Shown here piece by piece: positions 1-8,978 of a DNA stretch of 32,000 nucleotides. Position 1 is the stretch's first letter. Each line of letters begins with the position of its first letter. The position numbers were made by a program, and so were the translations under genes. The stretch lies in contig CP104013.1 in assembly GCA_025839675.1 (NCBI GenBank), positions 4,440,001-4,472,000 of the forward strand, in the 5' to 3' direction. Under the pieces are notes generated by a model. It did no database searches. It saw only the letters and a program-made list of their open reading frames with translations, and was not told the DNA's origin. This DNA is from Candidatus Lokiarchaeum ossiferum. Its GTDB lineage: Archaea > Asgardarchaeota > Lokiarchaeia > Sigyniarchaeales > Promethearchaeaceae.

Positions 1-756
1 TACTGAGTAACCATGCTGTAATCCCCATCGAAGAAGTAATTGAGCTTCTGATACATCAAGTTTCTTAGCAATTTCTTTGATGATCAACTGTCCTTCTTCT
101 TTTTTCTCTGCAAGCACTTCCCCTCCTTGTCCTTTTTCAACCCTCCAAGTGGAAAGAGGTGCTAACGAGCTATAGGCAATCGGTTCAATGGAATTTTCCT
201 TCATGTACTTTGTCAAATTAATCTGGGCGCAAATCGGGTGGAATTCCACCTGGTTTGCTTCAGGTTTTTCCAGACCTTTGTCAAGTATTTCTCGTATTCT
301 ATCTTCATTATAGTTTGAAACTCCAATATATTTAGCTAACCCTTGTTTTTTAAGTTCAATTAAAGCTTTCCATTGTTCAATCCTCAATTCAGAAAGTGGA
401 GCATGTATTAAGTAAAGATCAACATAATTAAGCTGGAGCTGCTTTAGCTGCCTTTTTAATGTTTCAATGGTTTGATTGTAGTCTTTTTCTGTGGATCCCC
501 ATTTCTTATACCCTGGGAAAAGCTTCGTGGTGACAAAAATATCATCCCTTGAAACACCCGTTTCTTTCAGCCCTTTTTTTATTCCTCTACCGGTTCCTTC
601 TTCATTTTCATAGCCTTCAGCAGAGTCTATATGTCTAAATCCTGCTTTAATTGCTTCACTTACACAGAATTCTGCTTGTTTAATTGATAATTGATATGTG
701 CCAAATCCCATAAGGGGCATACCAATTTTATTGCATGTTGATTTTGATATTTTCAT
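1..756 (-). CDS. Aldo/keto reductase family oxidoreductase; C-terminus lies beyond the left window edge
   Basis: Reverse-strand ORF from ATG at 756-754, open to position 1, so absent from the ORF track. My translation: MKISKSTCNKIGMPLMGFGTYQL...AGFRHIDSAEGYENE...IFVTTKL...LNYVDLYLIHAP...IGVSNY...QVEFHP. This matches the AKR layout, including the Asp/Tyr/Lys/His catalytic context. Confidence 0.85.
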   Translation of the reverse strand, partial: MKISKSTCNKIGMPLMGFGTYQLSIKQAEFCVSEAIKAGFRHIDSAEGYENEEGTGRGIKKGLKETGVSRDDIFVTTKLFPGYKKWGSTEKDYNQTIETLKRQLKQLQLNYVDLYLIHAPLSELRIEQWKALIELKKQGLAKYIGVSNYNEDRIREILDKGLEKPEANQVEFHPICAQINLTKYMKENSIEPIAYSSLAPLSTWRVEKGQGGEVLAEKKEEGQLIIKEIAKKLDVSEAQLLLRWGLQHGYSV

Positions 757-822
757 TTTCCATATTCCTCTAAATAATAATTTAAGTTAGTTTCCTTTAA
801 GTACTAAATAAGGTTTAATTAT

Positions 823-861
823 AAGGTAACAAAAGATTACATTTATACTATTTGTAACCTT
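823..861. promoter_or_regulatory. Imperfect inverted repeat AAGGTAACAAA-N17-TTTGTAACCTT in the divergent AKR/HxlR intergenic region; candidate operator
   Basis: The arms match at 10/11 positions as reverse complements. The repeat sits about 20 nt upstream of the HxlR ATG (881), between two divergent genes. An SD-like AGGTGAT lies at 871-877. Confidence 0.3.
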
Positions 862-880
862 AAAGAAACCAGGTGATTTC

Positions 881-1246
881 ATGGTTACTGATAAAATACG
901 ATGTGAAGCGATATTTTCAGAATTATCTCGAAAATGGTCAATAACAATTATTAAAGATCTTTTTCTGGGATGCAAATCCTTTAGTGATTTTTTGGTAGTT
1001 AATAAAAATTTATCAAATAAAGTCCTTTCAGAACAATTAAAGAGACTAGAAGAGCTGGGTTTCATTAAAAAAGTCATAGTCAGCACCACCCCATTAAAAG
1101 CTAATTATGTTTTATCTGAGATGGGAAAAGACCTTAATAGATTAGTCTATGAGAAGATCATGTTCGGATTACGTAATAAATTATTTGATAGAGATTATCC
1201 CTTAATTGCTGGTAAGAATCTTGAGCATGTATTTGGGATTAAGTAG
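881..1246 (+). CDS. HxlR-family winged-helix transcriptional regulator
   Basis: 121 aa. CEAIFSELSRKWSITIIKDL...FSDF...LSNKVLSEQLKRLEELGFIKK...Y.LSEMGKDL matches the HxlR/DUF24 pattern, including the conserved N-terminal Cys. It is divergent from an oxidoreductase, the classic HxlR arrangement. Confidence 0.8.
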   Translation: MVTDKIRCEAIFSELSRKWSITIIKDLFLGCKSFSDFLVVNKNLSNKVLSEQLKRLEELGFIKKVIVSTTPLKANYVLSEMGKDLNRLVYEKIMFGLRNKLFDRDYPLIAGKNLEHVFGIK

Positions 1247-1459
1247 GCTGTGTACTTTAAAATGATACGCCTCTTAATAAAATGAGGTAAAATCTTTTCT
1301 TTTTCTAATAAATCTGAAATGAATATATCTTCCATATTTTTAAGATTTTATAGGATCAAATTTGACCAACTAAAAGATCTTTTGAAAATTTTAAAGGTAA
1401 TGTGAGTAATATTTTCCATAACTTAGTTACTATAGATTTCTTATTGTAAGGATATAATT

Positions 1460-1984
1460 ATGGAAATTGCAAAAGAACTCATAATTCGGGATATTGAATT
1501 ATCTGATATTCAAAAAATATCCCAAATTAACGTTAATGTATGGAAATCAGCATATAAAGGCGTAATCCCTGTAAGTTATCTTGATTCTATTAATTACCAA
1601 GATAATTTCCAAGCGTGGAAAAAAATATTTAACAATCAAGGAAAGGACGAATTGTTTCTTGTTGCAGAATTAAATTCTGAAGTAATAGGGTTTGTTTGGG
1701 CTGGACCCGAAAGAGAAAAAGGTATAAAAAATCAAAGCGAATTATATGCAATTTATATTAAAGAAATAAATCAAAGAAAAGGTGTTGGAAAAAAACTATT
1801 TACAATAATCTTTGACGAATTTCAAAAGAGAGAATATCAATCAATGGTATTATGGACATTGAAAGAAAATCCCTACCGTTTTTTCTATGAATCACTAGGA
1901 GGAGAACTAAATTCTACTAAAAAAGAGGATTTTAATGGTACTAAACTCTTTTTAAGTGAGTATCATTGGATCTTAATGCCTTAG
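1460..1984 (+). CDS. GNAT-family N-acetyltransferase
   Basis: 174 aa. The acetyl-CoA binding motif A is present: IKEINQRKGVGKKLF (Q/R-x-x-G-x-G/A). Length and beta-alpha pattern are typical of GNAT. Confidence 0.8.
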   Translation: MEIAKELIIRDIELSDIQKISQINVNVWKSAYKGVIPVSYLDSINYQDNFQAWKKIFNNQGKDELFLVAELNSEVIGFVWAGPEREKGIKNQSELYAIYIKEINQRKGVGKKLFTIIFDEFQKREYQSMVLWTLKENPYRFFYESLGGELNSTKKEDFNGTKLFLSEYHWILMP

Positions 1985-2053
1985 ACAAATCCATGGAATG
2001 TCCCTTTACCATTGGAGCTTTTTATTCACCAATAAATTCTTTTATTGGATTCG

Positions 2054-2449
2054 TCAATTCTCTTTAAATTTTAAAGCGGTTGAATTTATACAATAACGCA
2101 GTCCTGTTGGTTTTGGGCCATCATCAAAAACATGTCCTAAATGGGATTTGCATTTTTTACACACAACCTCTAATCTCTTCATACCATGGGATAAATCCTC
2201 TTGTTGCAAAGTTGATGTTTTAGCTAATTCTTTAGAAAAACTGGGCCATCCACATCCGGATTCAAATTTATCCTTTGAATCAAATAGTGGTGAATTACAA
2301 GCACCACAATAATATGTTCCAGATTCAAAATGGTTCCAATATTGACCGGTAAAGGGTCTCTCCGTTCCTTTTTGACGGAGAACATAATATTGGTCCTTAG
2401 TAAGGATATCTTTATAGTGCTGTTCTAAGTCTGATTTTGATTTAGTCAT
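2054..2449 (-). CDS. msrB: Peptide-methionine (R)-S-oxide reductase MsrB
   Basis: 131 aa. Two CxxC zinc motifs (CGAC, CKKC), GCGWPSF, HLGHVFDDGP and the catalytic RYCINS are all present. Confidence 0.95.
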   Translation of the reverse strand: MTKSKSDLEQHYKDILTKDQYYVLRQKGTERPFTGQYWNHFESGTYYCGACNSPLFDSKDKFESGCGWPSFSKELAKTSTLQQEDLSHGMKRLEVVCKKCKSHLGHVFDDGPKPTGLRYCINSTALKFKEN

Positions 2450-2518
2450 ATCCTATTAAAGAGATTCCATTATTAATAGCGTTTTTATTTCCTTTTAGAA
2501 GTGAAATTTCTATTCTTC

Positions 2519-3415
2519 TTATATATTGGAAGTTTCTTTTTGTTGAGTTACAACTGTAATTATTAATCCGGTCAAAATTAAAAGCCCTCCTAGAACAATT
2601 TGCCACGTAATCAATTCTCCACCAAAAATTCCTCCAAAAATCGTGGCAAAAACGGGTTCAATGGAAATAATTATGGCGGCTCGGGAATCCTTGATATACT
2701 GTTGACCCCAGTTCTGCAATAAAAAGGGAATTGTTCCAATAGCAAGTCCCAGATAAATTAACAGACTCCATTCACTCAAGGTTGTAGTTGAGATTTGGTA
2801 GGATGGTTCAAATATTAATGCTAAAATAAAACTGAAACAAAATGCAAAAAAGGTTTGATAAAATGCTAAACAGAAGAAATCTCCTTCTTTAAGCCCTTTA
2901 CCTAGAACTATGATATGCAAAGCGATACATAAAGCGCCTATAAAATTCAGAAACTCTCCTATTCCCACATTGAAAAAACGAATCGTTGGATCATAAAACA
3001 TGATGAATAAACCAATAACAACTATTACAATTGGAATGATGAGAAATCGGGAGATTTTAGTCCGAAACAAGACCCAACTTAATAATGGGGTTATAACAAC
3101 AAATAATCCACTAATAAAACCTGCTTTTCCTGCTTCAATCGATTTCAATCCTTCAGTTTGGGAGACCACTCCCCCAAAGAAAATTAATGCCAGAAAAAAT
3201 CCATATTTTATAGAGTGCAAATCAGTCTTGCGTAATTTCTTAATAAAGGGCAGAAAACCGATCATAGCAAAAAGCATACGAAAACTCGTCATCCAGAATA
3301 CAGGAATTGTTTCATTTGTGATTTTTGCTAAAATATAAAAGGATCCATATAAAATGGGGACACAGAACATAGCGAAATATGGTAATGCACTTGATTTCGG
3401 AGATTCTGTGGTCAT
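2519..3415 (-). CDS. EamA/DMT-superfamily transporter
   Basis: 298 aa with about 10 predicted TM helices arranged as two 5-TM halves. The second half shows an EamA-like motif: RAAIIISIEPVFATIFGGIFGGE. Confidence 0.8.
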   Translation of the reverse strand: MTTESPKSSALPYFAMFCVPILYGSFYILAKITNETIPVFWMTSFRMLFAMIGFLPFIKKLRKTDLHSIKYGFFLALIFFGGVVSQTEGLKSIEAGKAGFISGLFVVITPLLSWVLFRTKISRFLIIPIVIVVIGLFIMFYDPTIRFFNVGIGEFLNFIGALCIALHIIVLGKGLKEGDFFCLAFYQTFFAFCFSFILALIFEPSYQISTTTLSEWSLLIYLGLAIGTIPFLLQNWGQQYIKDSRAAIIISIEPVFATIFGGIFGGELITWQIVLGGLLILTGLIITVVTQQKETSNI

Positions 3416-3434
3416 AAAATGGTTGCTTCCTGTA

Positions 3435-4766
3435 CTACTCTTCCGGAGTATAATATGTACTCGTAAAAGGGCTCATAAAACGATATACAATTTCTTCAAG
3501 CAAAAAGTTCTGAGGACAATCCCCTTCAAGGATTTCTGCATAAAAATTTTCCAGATCCTGGGGTGTTATAGGAATACCCATACTTGATTTTCGGGAAGAT
3601 TCAAAAGATCGAAGATTGGATAAATATGCTCCAGACACGATGGTTTGGATTGTGTGGGCAATTTTTTCATCAGCAATTGATTTTTCCCCTTTTAAAATCC
3701 GATTTACAAAGTCCACTATTTCCAATTGATGACTATCACGGGCTTGAGGAGGAATAGGGTGAGTTTTGGTAGGTTGTCCATTTTTGGCAATTTTAATAAT
3801 AAATCGTTTCATTTCATCTAAATCGAGGTAAGCTTTTCCCAAGCTACCCATAATTTCAACTTCCTGATATGTTTTGGACCAGGATGTGACAATTGTAGCT
3901 TCAACTTCTTTGCTTTCGTTTTTGGAATTTACCTTAGCTTCGTTATTAAACCACACTTTAATTTCAACATCATCCTCAACCATGAATTTATGTAAATAGT
4001 ATTCGTTCGCTCCATCCGAATCACGTAAAGTACGTTCCTTTTGAGTGCCAGAATTCATTTTTATTGATTGAATCTGCTTAAGTTTGAAAGCTGGATCGAG
4101 TATTCCTAATAACAATCCAATTGCGTGAATTCCCATATCTGATAAAACTCCTCCACCCGAAAGTGAAGGATTAAGGAAGTGATTTTGCCATCCCCAAGAA
4201 GGTCCTCCATGTCCTAAACGAATATTGATCTGTTTTATTTCCCCAATTTCCTTCGAGAGAATTAGTTTACGAAATTCTCGAATATATAATTGCCAAAAGA
4301 AGTTTTCATTTACTTGGTAAAAGCCTTTGGAATTTTTGACTGCCGTACAAATATCTTTAGTTTCTAATGAGCATAAAGCAGGGGGTTTTTCAGACATGAC
4401 AGAAATATTTTTTTTTAATGCCCAAATTGCATAGGGGGCATGGGCGTAATTTGGAGCTGAAATATCAATAAGGTCCACATGTTCAAGTAACTCTTGCACA
4501 TTATCGTAGACTTTGCATTCATTTTCAAAGATTTCACATCTTTTTAGATGATTAATATCTTCTTCTTCATGTCTTTCTTTGGCGGCTTCTTTAATTAAAC
4601 ACATATCTTCTGATAGTTGAGCTTTCCATTTTTCTGCTCGACTCCGAATTCGATCATAGAAAGCCGTCACCACCGCATTCGGATGGTCTGGATAAGCTTG
4701 ACTATGACTTTCAAATATTTTTCCGCATCCGATTATTCCTACACGTAAGATCTTTGGTTCCGCCAT
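3435..4766 (-). CDS. Gfo/Idh/MocA-family NAD(P)-dependent oxidoreductase
   Basis: 443 aa. N-terminal Rossmann signature LRVGIIGCGKI, then an EKP motif (SVMSEKPPA), followed by the C-terminal alpha/beta domain typical of the family. Confidence 0.8.
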   Translation of the reverse strand: MAEPKILRVGIIGCGKIFESHSQAYPDHPNAVVTAFYDRIRSRAEKWKAQLSEDMCLIKEAAKERHEEEDINHLKRCEIFENECKVYDNVQELLEHVDLIDISAPNYAHAPYAIWALKKNISVMSEKPPALCSLETKDICTAVKNSKGFYQVNENFFWQLYIREFRKLILSKEIGEIKQINIRLGHGGPSWGWQNHFLNPSLSGGGVLSDMGIHAIGLLLGILDPAFKLKQIQSIKMNSGTQKERTLRDSDGANEYYLHKFMVEDDVEIKVWFNNEAKVNSKNESKEVEATIVTSWSKTYQEVEIMGSLGKAYLDLDEMKRFIIKIAKNGQPTKTHPIPPQARDSHQLEIVDFVNRILKGEKSIADEKIAHTIQTIVSGAYLSNLRSFESSRKSSMGIPITPQDLENFYAEILEGDCPQNFLLEEIVYRFMSPFTSTYYTPEE

Positions 4767-4903
4767 TTAGTCTTCACATCACTGAGAAAAAAGAAATATT
4801 TTCTTCGCTATATTCTTTAATTAGGTTAGTTCAAAAAAAAACTCTTTTTATTTATTTCAAAAACCAATTACTAAATAGGATCGTTTTTTCTCTGTGATTA
4901 TAG

Positions 4904-7654
4904 ATGTCAAAAAAACTGTTGAAGCAGCTATCAGATAAAAGTGAGAAGAAGGCTTTACAAGTCTTAATCTCTCGTCTTTCACTTCAAGAGTTCAATATTG
5001 CCGTAGAAAACGGTCATGTGATTGAATTAATCTTAAAATACAAAAATTTGACATCTATTCCTGTAGAAATCTCTTATTTTCTCTTTCTCAAACGTCTAGA
5101 TTTGAGCCGCAATCGGATCAACTCTATAAGTCGCTTAAACTCTTTGCAATTACTTGAAGAATTATATTTACGGGAAAATGATCTTTCCATACTTGAAAAT
5201 TTTGAAACACTAAGTCAATTGAAAATTCTCGATCTCTCAAATAATCAAATTGATCAGATTGATGGGTTATATAATCAAGTTAATCTCGATATTTTAGACT
5301 TGAGCAATAATAACATTAAAAAAATAGTTGGTTTGGAAAAATGTTATAAATTGACGGAACTTAAACTAAATCGCAACAATATAAAAGAAATTTCTGGTTT
5401 AGATTCATTGGAAGAATTACGAATATTATTCTTAGCAAATAATTCCATTGAAATCATCCAAGGTTTAACTCAATTGGAAAATTTAAAAGAATTGAATCTT
5501 TCTTTAAACAAGATCCGAAAACTGGAAAATCTTGATCGCAATTCCTACTTACGTACTTTGAATTTATCAGATAATCTCATCACTAAAATTGAAAATTTAG
5601 GGCATTTGAACTTTTTACGGGAGTTAAATCTTGCGGGAAATAACTTTTCTGCTGAAGATCAAATCCTTGTCGAAAAAGGGGCCATGACTGTTGTCAACCA
5701 TTGCTTAGAAATGGAGAAAGAGCATTTGCGCCAAATCAATGAAAAACAAAAAATTGCCATCAATAGGGAGTTAAATGTAGATACGGAGATTATGGGAAGA
5801 AATCAAACCAGCTCTTTACGGAAGAAAATGATTGGTTTTTCCGAAAAAAAGAAAAATCCTTTTTTGGAAACACCTCCTTCTGCAGCTAATATCTCCCAAG
5901 ATCCAGTTTCAAGAAATATAAATGCAAAAAAACCTCAATCCTTTTTCCTTCCTAACAAAACGCCGATTTCGGAGAGTTTAGATCAAAATCCCGTTGTTGA
6001 AATACCTTCACTCATTCCCCAAAAAAAACCTTCTCGAATAAAAAAAAAGAAAAAGTTACCCAAAATCAAAACTATAGAGCCGAAACCAGTTCCTGTTCCA
6101 AATCCCCAAATTCTTCCTGTCTTAGATCAACAATTTTCTACTGAAGAAGAATGGATGGAATTTGGAAATACTCTTAATCAAAAAGAAGATTATCGTAATG
6201 CATTACTGGCATATCGCAACGTAATTCAGTTGAATACCAAAAATGTGGATGCTTGGATGAATAGTGGGATTGCGTTCAATAATCGAGGGGATTATAGGAG
6301 ATCAATTCGAGCTTTCAAACAATCTTTAGCCATTTCTGCCAAACACTCTACATTATGGATGTATTTAGGCATTGGTTTCTATAATGTTGGTGATTTTGCG
6401 CAAGCGGTTAAAGCTTTTAATGAGTCTCTTTCGTTGGAATCAACGAATGTATTGTCCTTGGAATATTTGGCGAAAATTCCGGATGAATATAAAAAAGATC
6501 TCAATTTAATGGAGAAACAGGCGGAAGACCTTGCTAAAGAATCCCAGGTTGTTGAAGATCGATTATTCAAACAACTGCAGAAGCTTTCAAAAGCGTATCA
6601 AGAAATTTCTTACGTTGATCTTCTACCTCAGGTTATTAATCCTCCCTATATCACAGATATTCAAAGTTTAAAACATAAAATTTCGGATCTCATAATGCAA
6701 CAAAGATTCAATGCGAAAATGTTTTTAGACCACCTCACTTTTGCCAAAACAGAAATTAAAACTCCAGAACGGGAAGTTGTGAAAATTGGAGAAAAATATA
6801 ATGTCAAGCAACTTTTAGCTTTCACCAATTATTCTAAGTTGTGGTTAGCTGAGGACTTAGACACTCGAGAAAAATATGTGTTAAAGCATATTATCTATAA
6901 GGGAAATTTCTCAACCCGAAAATTAATTGAGCATATGGCTCTTCGTGAAATAACTTTACTTTCAAAAATCAAATCCGCTCAAGTAATTCCCTTGTTAAAA
7001 TCTTTTCTTGGGGAATATCAAGATAATTTTGGATACATTTTACAATTGCCCTATTATCAATATGGAACCTTGGAACGAAGAATTAAAGAAATTGAAGAAA
7101 AAAACCCCACTACCCACAAATTGATGCATCCTTATTCAATTTTGACTATTTTCACAGGTATGGTTCAAGCAATCATACCAATCCATCGGGCTGGAATTGT
7201 TCATCGAGATATCAAACCTTCCAATATTATTATCAACAGTAAAGCAGAAATTCCTAGCCCCCAAGATATTGTCTATATCGATTTTGGGATTGCCACTGCT
7301 CCCGTTCAGATAAGTGGAACCGATTTTACAATTGCTGGAGGATGTGGAACTCATGGTTTTTCAGCCCCGGAGCAATTATCTTCTCCCCATGTAGATTATA
7401 GTGCAGATGTTTACGCTATTGCAGCCACCATCTATTATTCCATGACCTTGCAGAAATACAAAGAAGGTGCTACTTTTTCAGATGAAATTCGCACTTACTA
7501 CCAATCCATTCACTATCTCTTTCCTATTCTCGAACGTATGCTAAATATAGATCCTGAAGTGCGCTGTACTGGGATCAATATGTTAAAACGCATCGTAAAA
7601 AATCTCAATATCATTATTTCGAGAGAAGTGTTCAAAGTTGTAATAAATTTGTAG
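4904..7654 (+). CDS. Multidomain signalling protein: about 10 SDS22-type leucine-rich repeats + Pro/Lys-rich linker + TPR repeats + C-terminal Hanks-type Ser/Thr protein kinase
   Basis: 916 aa. 22-residue LxxLxLxxNxIxxIxxLxxLxx repeats span residues about 38-252. The low-complexity linker includes KKPSRIKKKKKLPKIKTIEPKPVPVPNP. Three TPR-like units span residues about 415-520. Kinase motifs present: YVLKHI (Lys), ALREITLL (alphaC Glu), VHRDIKPSNIII, IDFGIA, FSAPE. No TM segment. Confidence 0.85.
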   Translation: MSKKLLKQLSDKSEKKALQVLISRLSLQEFNIAVENGHVIELILKYKNLTSIPVEISYFLFLKRLDLSRNRINSISRLNSLQLLEELYLRENDLSILENFETLSQLKILDLSNNQIDQIDGLYNQVNLDILDLSNNNIKKIVGLEKCYKLTELKLNRNNIKEISGLDSLEELRILFLANNSIEIIQGLTQLENLKELNLSLNKIRKLENLDRNSYLRTLNLSDNLITKIENLGHLNFLRELNLAGNNFSAEDQILVEKGAMTVVNHCLEMEKEHLRQINEKQKIAINRELNVDTEIMGRNQTSSLRKKMIGFSEKKKNPFLETPPSAANISQDPVSRNINAKKPQSFFLPNKTPISESLDQNPVVEIPSLIPQKKPSRIKKKKKLPKIKTIEPKPVPVPNPQILPVLDQQFSTEEEWMEFGNTLNQKEDYRNALLAYRNVIQLNTKNVDAWMNSGIAFNNRGDYRRSIRAFKQSLAISAKHSTLWMYLGIGFYNVGDFAQAVKAFNESLSLESTNVLSLEYLAKIPDEYKKDLNLMEKQAEDLAKESQVVEDRLFKQLQKLSKAYQEISYVDLLPQVINPPYITDIQSLKHKISDLIMQQRFNAKMFLDHLTFAKTEIKTPEREVVKIGEKYNVKQLLAFTNYSKLWLAEDLDTREKYVLKHIIYKGNFSTRKLIEHMALREITLLSKIKSAQVIPLLKSFLGEYQDNFGYILQLPYYQYGTLERRIKEIEEKNPTTHKLMHPYSILTIFTGMVQAIIPIHRAGIVHRDIKPSNIIINSKAEIPSPQDIVYIDFGIATAPVQISGTDFTIAGGCGTHGFSAPEQLSSPHVDYSADVYAIAATIYYSMTLQKYKEGATFSDEIRTYYQSIHYLFPILERMLNIDPEVRCTGINMLKRIVKNLNIIISREVFKVVINL
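5015..5659 (+). repeat. Tandem array of about 10 units of 66 nt (22 codons) encoding the LRR domain
   Basis: The periodicity is read from the protein: LKRLDLSRNRINSISRLNSLQL / LEELYLRENDLSILENFETLSQ / LKILDLSNNQIDQIDGLYNQVN / LDILDLSNNNIKKIVGLEKCYK and so on. The units are diverged at the DNA level. Confidence 0.8.
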
Positions 7655-7799
7655 ACTTATTAACCTCCCATTAAAAAATTTAAAATGGTATTTCAGAAAA
7701 TCTAGGTTTGTATTGATACTTTATTCGTGAGCAACACAGACTTGATAATTCAGGAATTCTGTTATTCAACATTTTTGAGCTTCCAAGATTTTCTATTTT

Positions 7800-7826
7800 T
7801 TCGAAATAATACGTTCGAAATTAATA
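7800..7826. promoter_or_regulatory. Direct repeat TTCGAAATAATA-CG-TTCGAAATTAATA (two palindromic TTCGAA cores 14 nt apart); candidate operator upstream of the wHTH gene
   Basis: Seen directly in the 314-nt AT-rich intergenic region, about 145 nt upstream of the ATG at 7969. No experimental or comparative support is available. Confidence 0.2.
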
Positions 7827-7968
7827 TTCTTAAACGAATACAATATTATAAATGTTTGTGTTGTAATATTTATAAGGTAATCCTTTAAATACAATTACTG
7901 CCTAATATTAATTAGTAAAAAAAAATAATTTTCTATCAATTTAGAAAAAAATTGGTTTTGAACAATCT

Positions 7969-8667
7969 ATGACCCAGGAAAAAAAAGAAGCTTCCGTGAA
8001 AGATATCTTCAAAAATAATCTCCGATTTCAAATGTGGGGATTATTTAGCATGTATCCAGAATTAACTCTCGCAGATCTGAGTGAAAAACTCGGCAAAAGT
8101 AAATCAACCATTCATCCTCATCTTAAAATCCTCGAAGAACTTGGAATCATTGAAGAAATTCGTGAGGAGAAAGTTAGGGGAAATATTAAAGCGAAAGTTT
8201 ATCAACTGCAACATGATTATGAAGAGAAGCTCACTTCGTGGGAAAAGAAATGCGATTGTCATGAACGAAAAGAAGTCGATAAGGCAATGGGTAAGACTTT
8301 GATTGAAAATACCATTTCTCGAGTTAAAATCATGAAGAAAACCCTCGAAACTGAAATGCGATTTTTAGAAAAACTCCAAAATTCTGGTATTGATGGTCCT
8401 GATGAATATGCCCTTCAAATTCTTAATGATATCTATTCTTTCGATCCCGAACGTCGTTCTCGCACCTACTCTCTTTTTGATTATATGTCACATGATTCTT
8501 ATATGGAGTATATGAAGTTTTATGATAAATTCTTTAAGGAGATAAATATATTCGAACGAGCCGAGATGAAGGCAAATCCAAAAGCTGAAAAACCCTATCA
8601 CGCCTTTACTCATATCATCCCCTTAAAAACTATGCTGGAATATTTATACCCAAAGAAGAAAAAATAA
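7969..8667 (+). CDS. ArsR/TrmB-like winged-helix DNA-binding protein with an uncharacterised C-terminal helical domain
   Basis: 232 aa. The N-terminal segment LTLADLSEKLGKSKSTIHPHLKILEELGIIEE is a typical ArsR-type HTH plus wing. I recognise nothing in the C-terminal 140 aa. Confidence 0.6.
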   Translation: MTQEKKEASVKDIFKNNLRFQMWGLFSMYPELTLADLSEKLGKSKSTIHPHLKILEELGIIEEIREEKVRGNIKAKVYQLQHDYEEKLTSWEKKCDCHERKEVDKAMGKTLIENTISRVKIMKKTLETEMRFLEKLQNSGIDGPDEYALQILNDIYSFDPERRSRTYSLFDYMSHDSYMEYMKFYDKFFKEINIFERAEMKANPKAEKPYHAFTHIIPLKTMLEYLYPKKKK

Positions 8668-8978
8668 ATAGATATCACTACAAACTACTTTTTTTTTGCT
8701 CTGTCTAAAGACTTCATTTAGTTAAAATATTCATGAAGCATAATTTTCTTAATGTTTTCCAATCAATAGTTTCATCACTTCTTACAGTTCAAATTTCTGT
8801 TCAAAGTTAGAAAAGTATCTCTTGTAAAGGTGCAAATTGTAGTCCATTTCAATATTCGTTCATTTAGTATTTTTCAAACATTTTAAACACCAAAGAGGCC
8901 TTCATCTTATTCTCGAATGTACTTAATTAAAATTCTGTACCACTCAAAATTTATCTGCATTTCCCGCAAGAATAATTT

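Noticed and set aside
6634-6645. NPPY tetrapeptide (VINPPYITD) in the LRR-TPR-kinase, which matches motif IV of N6-adenine/N4-cytosine methyltransferases
   Set aside because: There is no accompanying SAM-binding FxGxG motif or methyltransferase fold context. It sits in the helical linker before the kinase domain. I treat it as coincidental.
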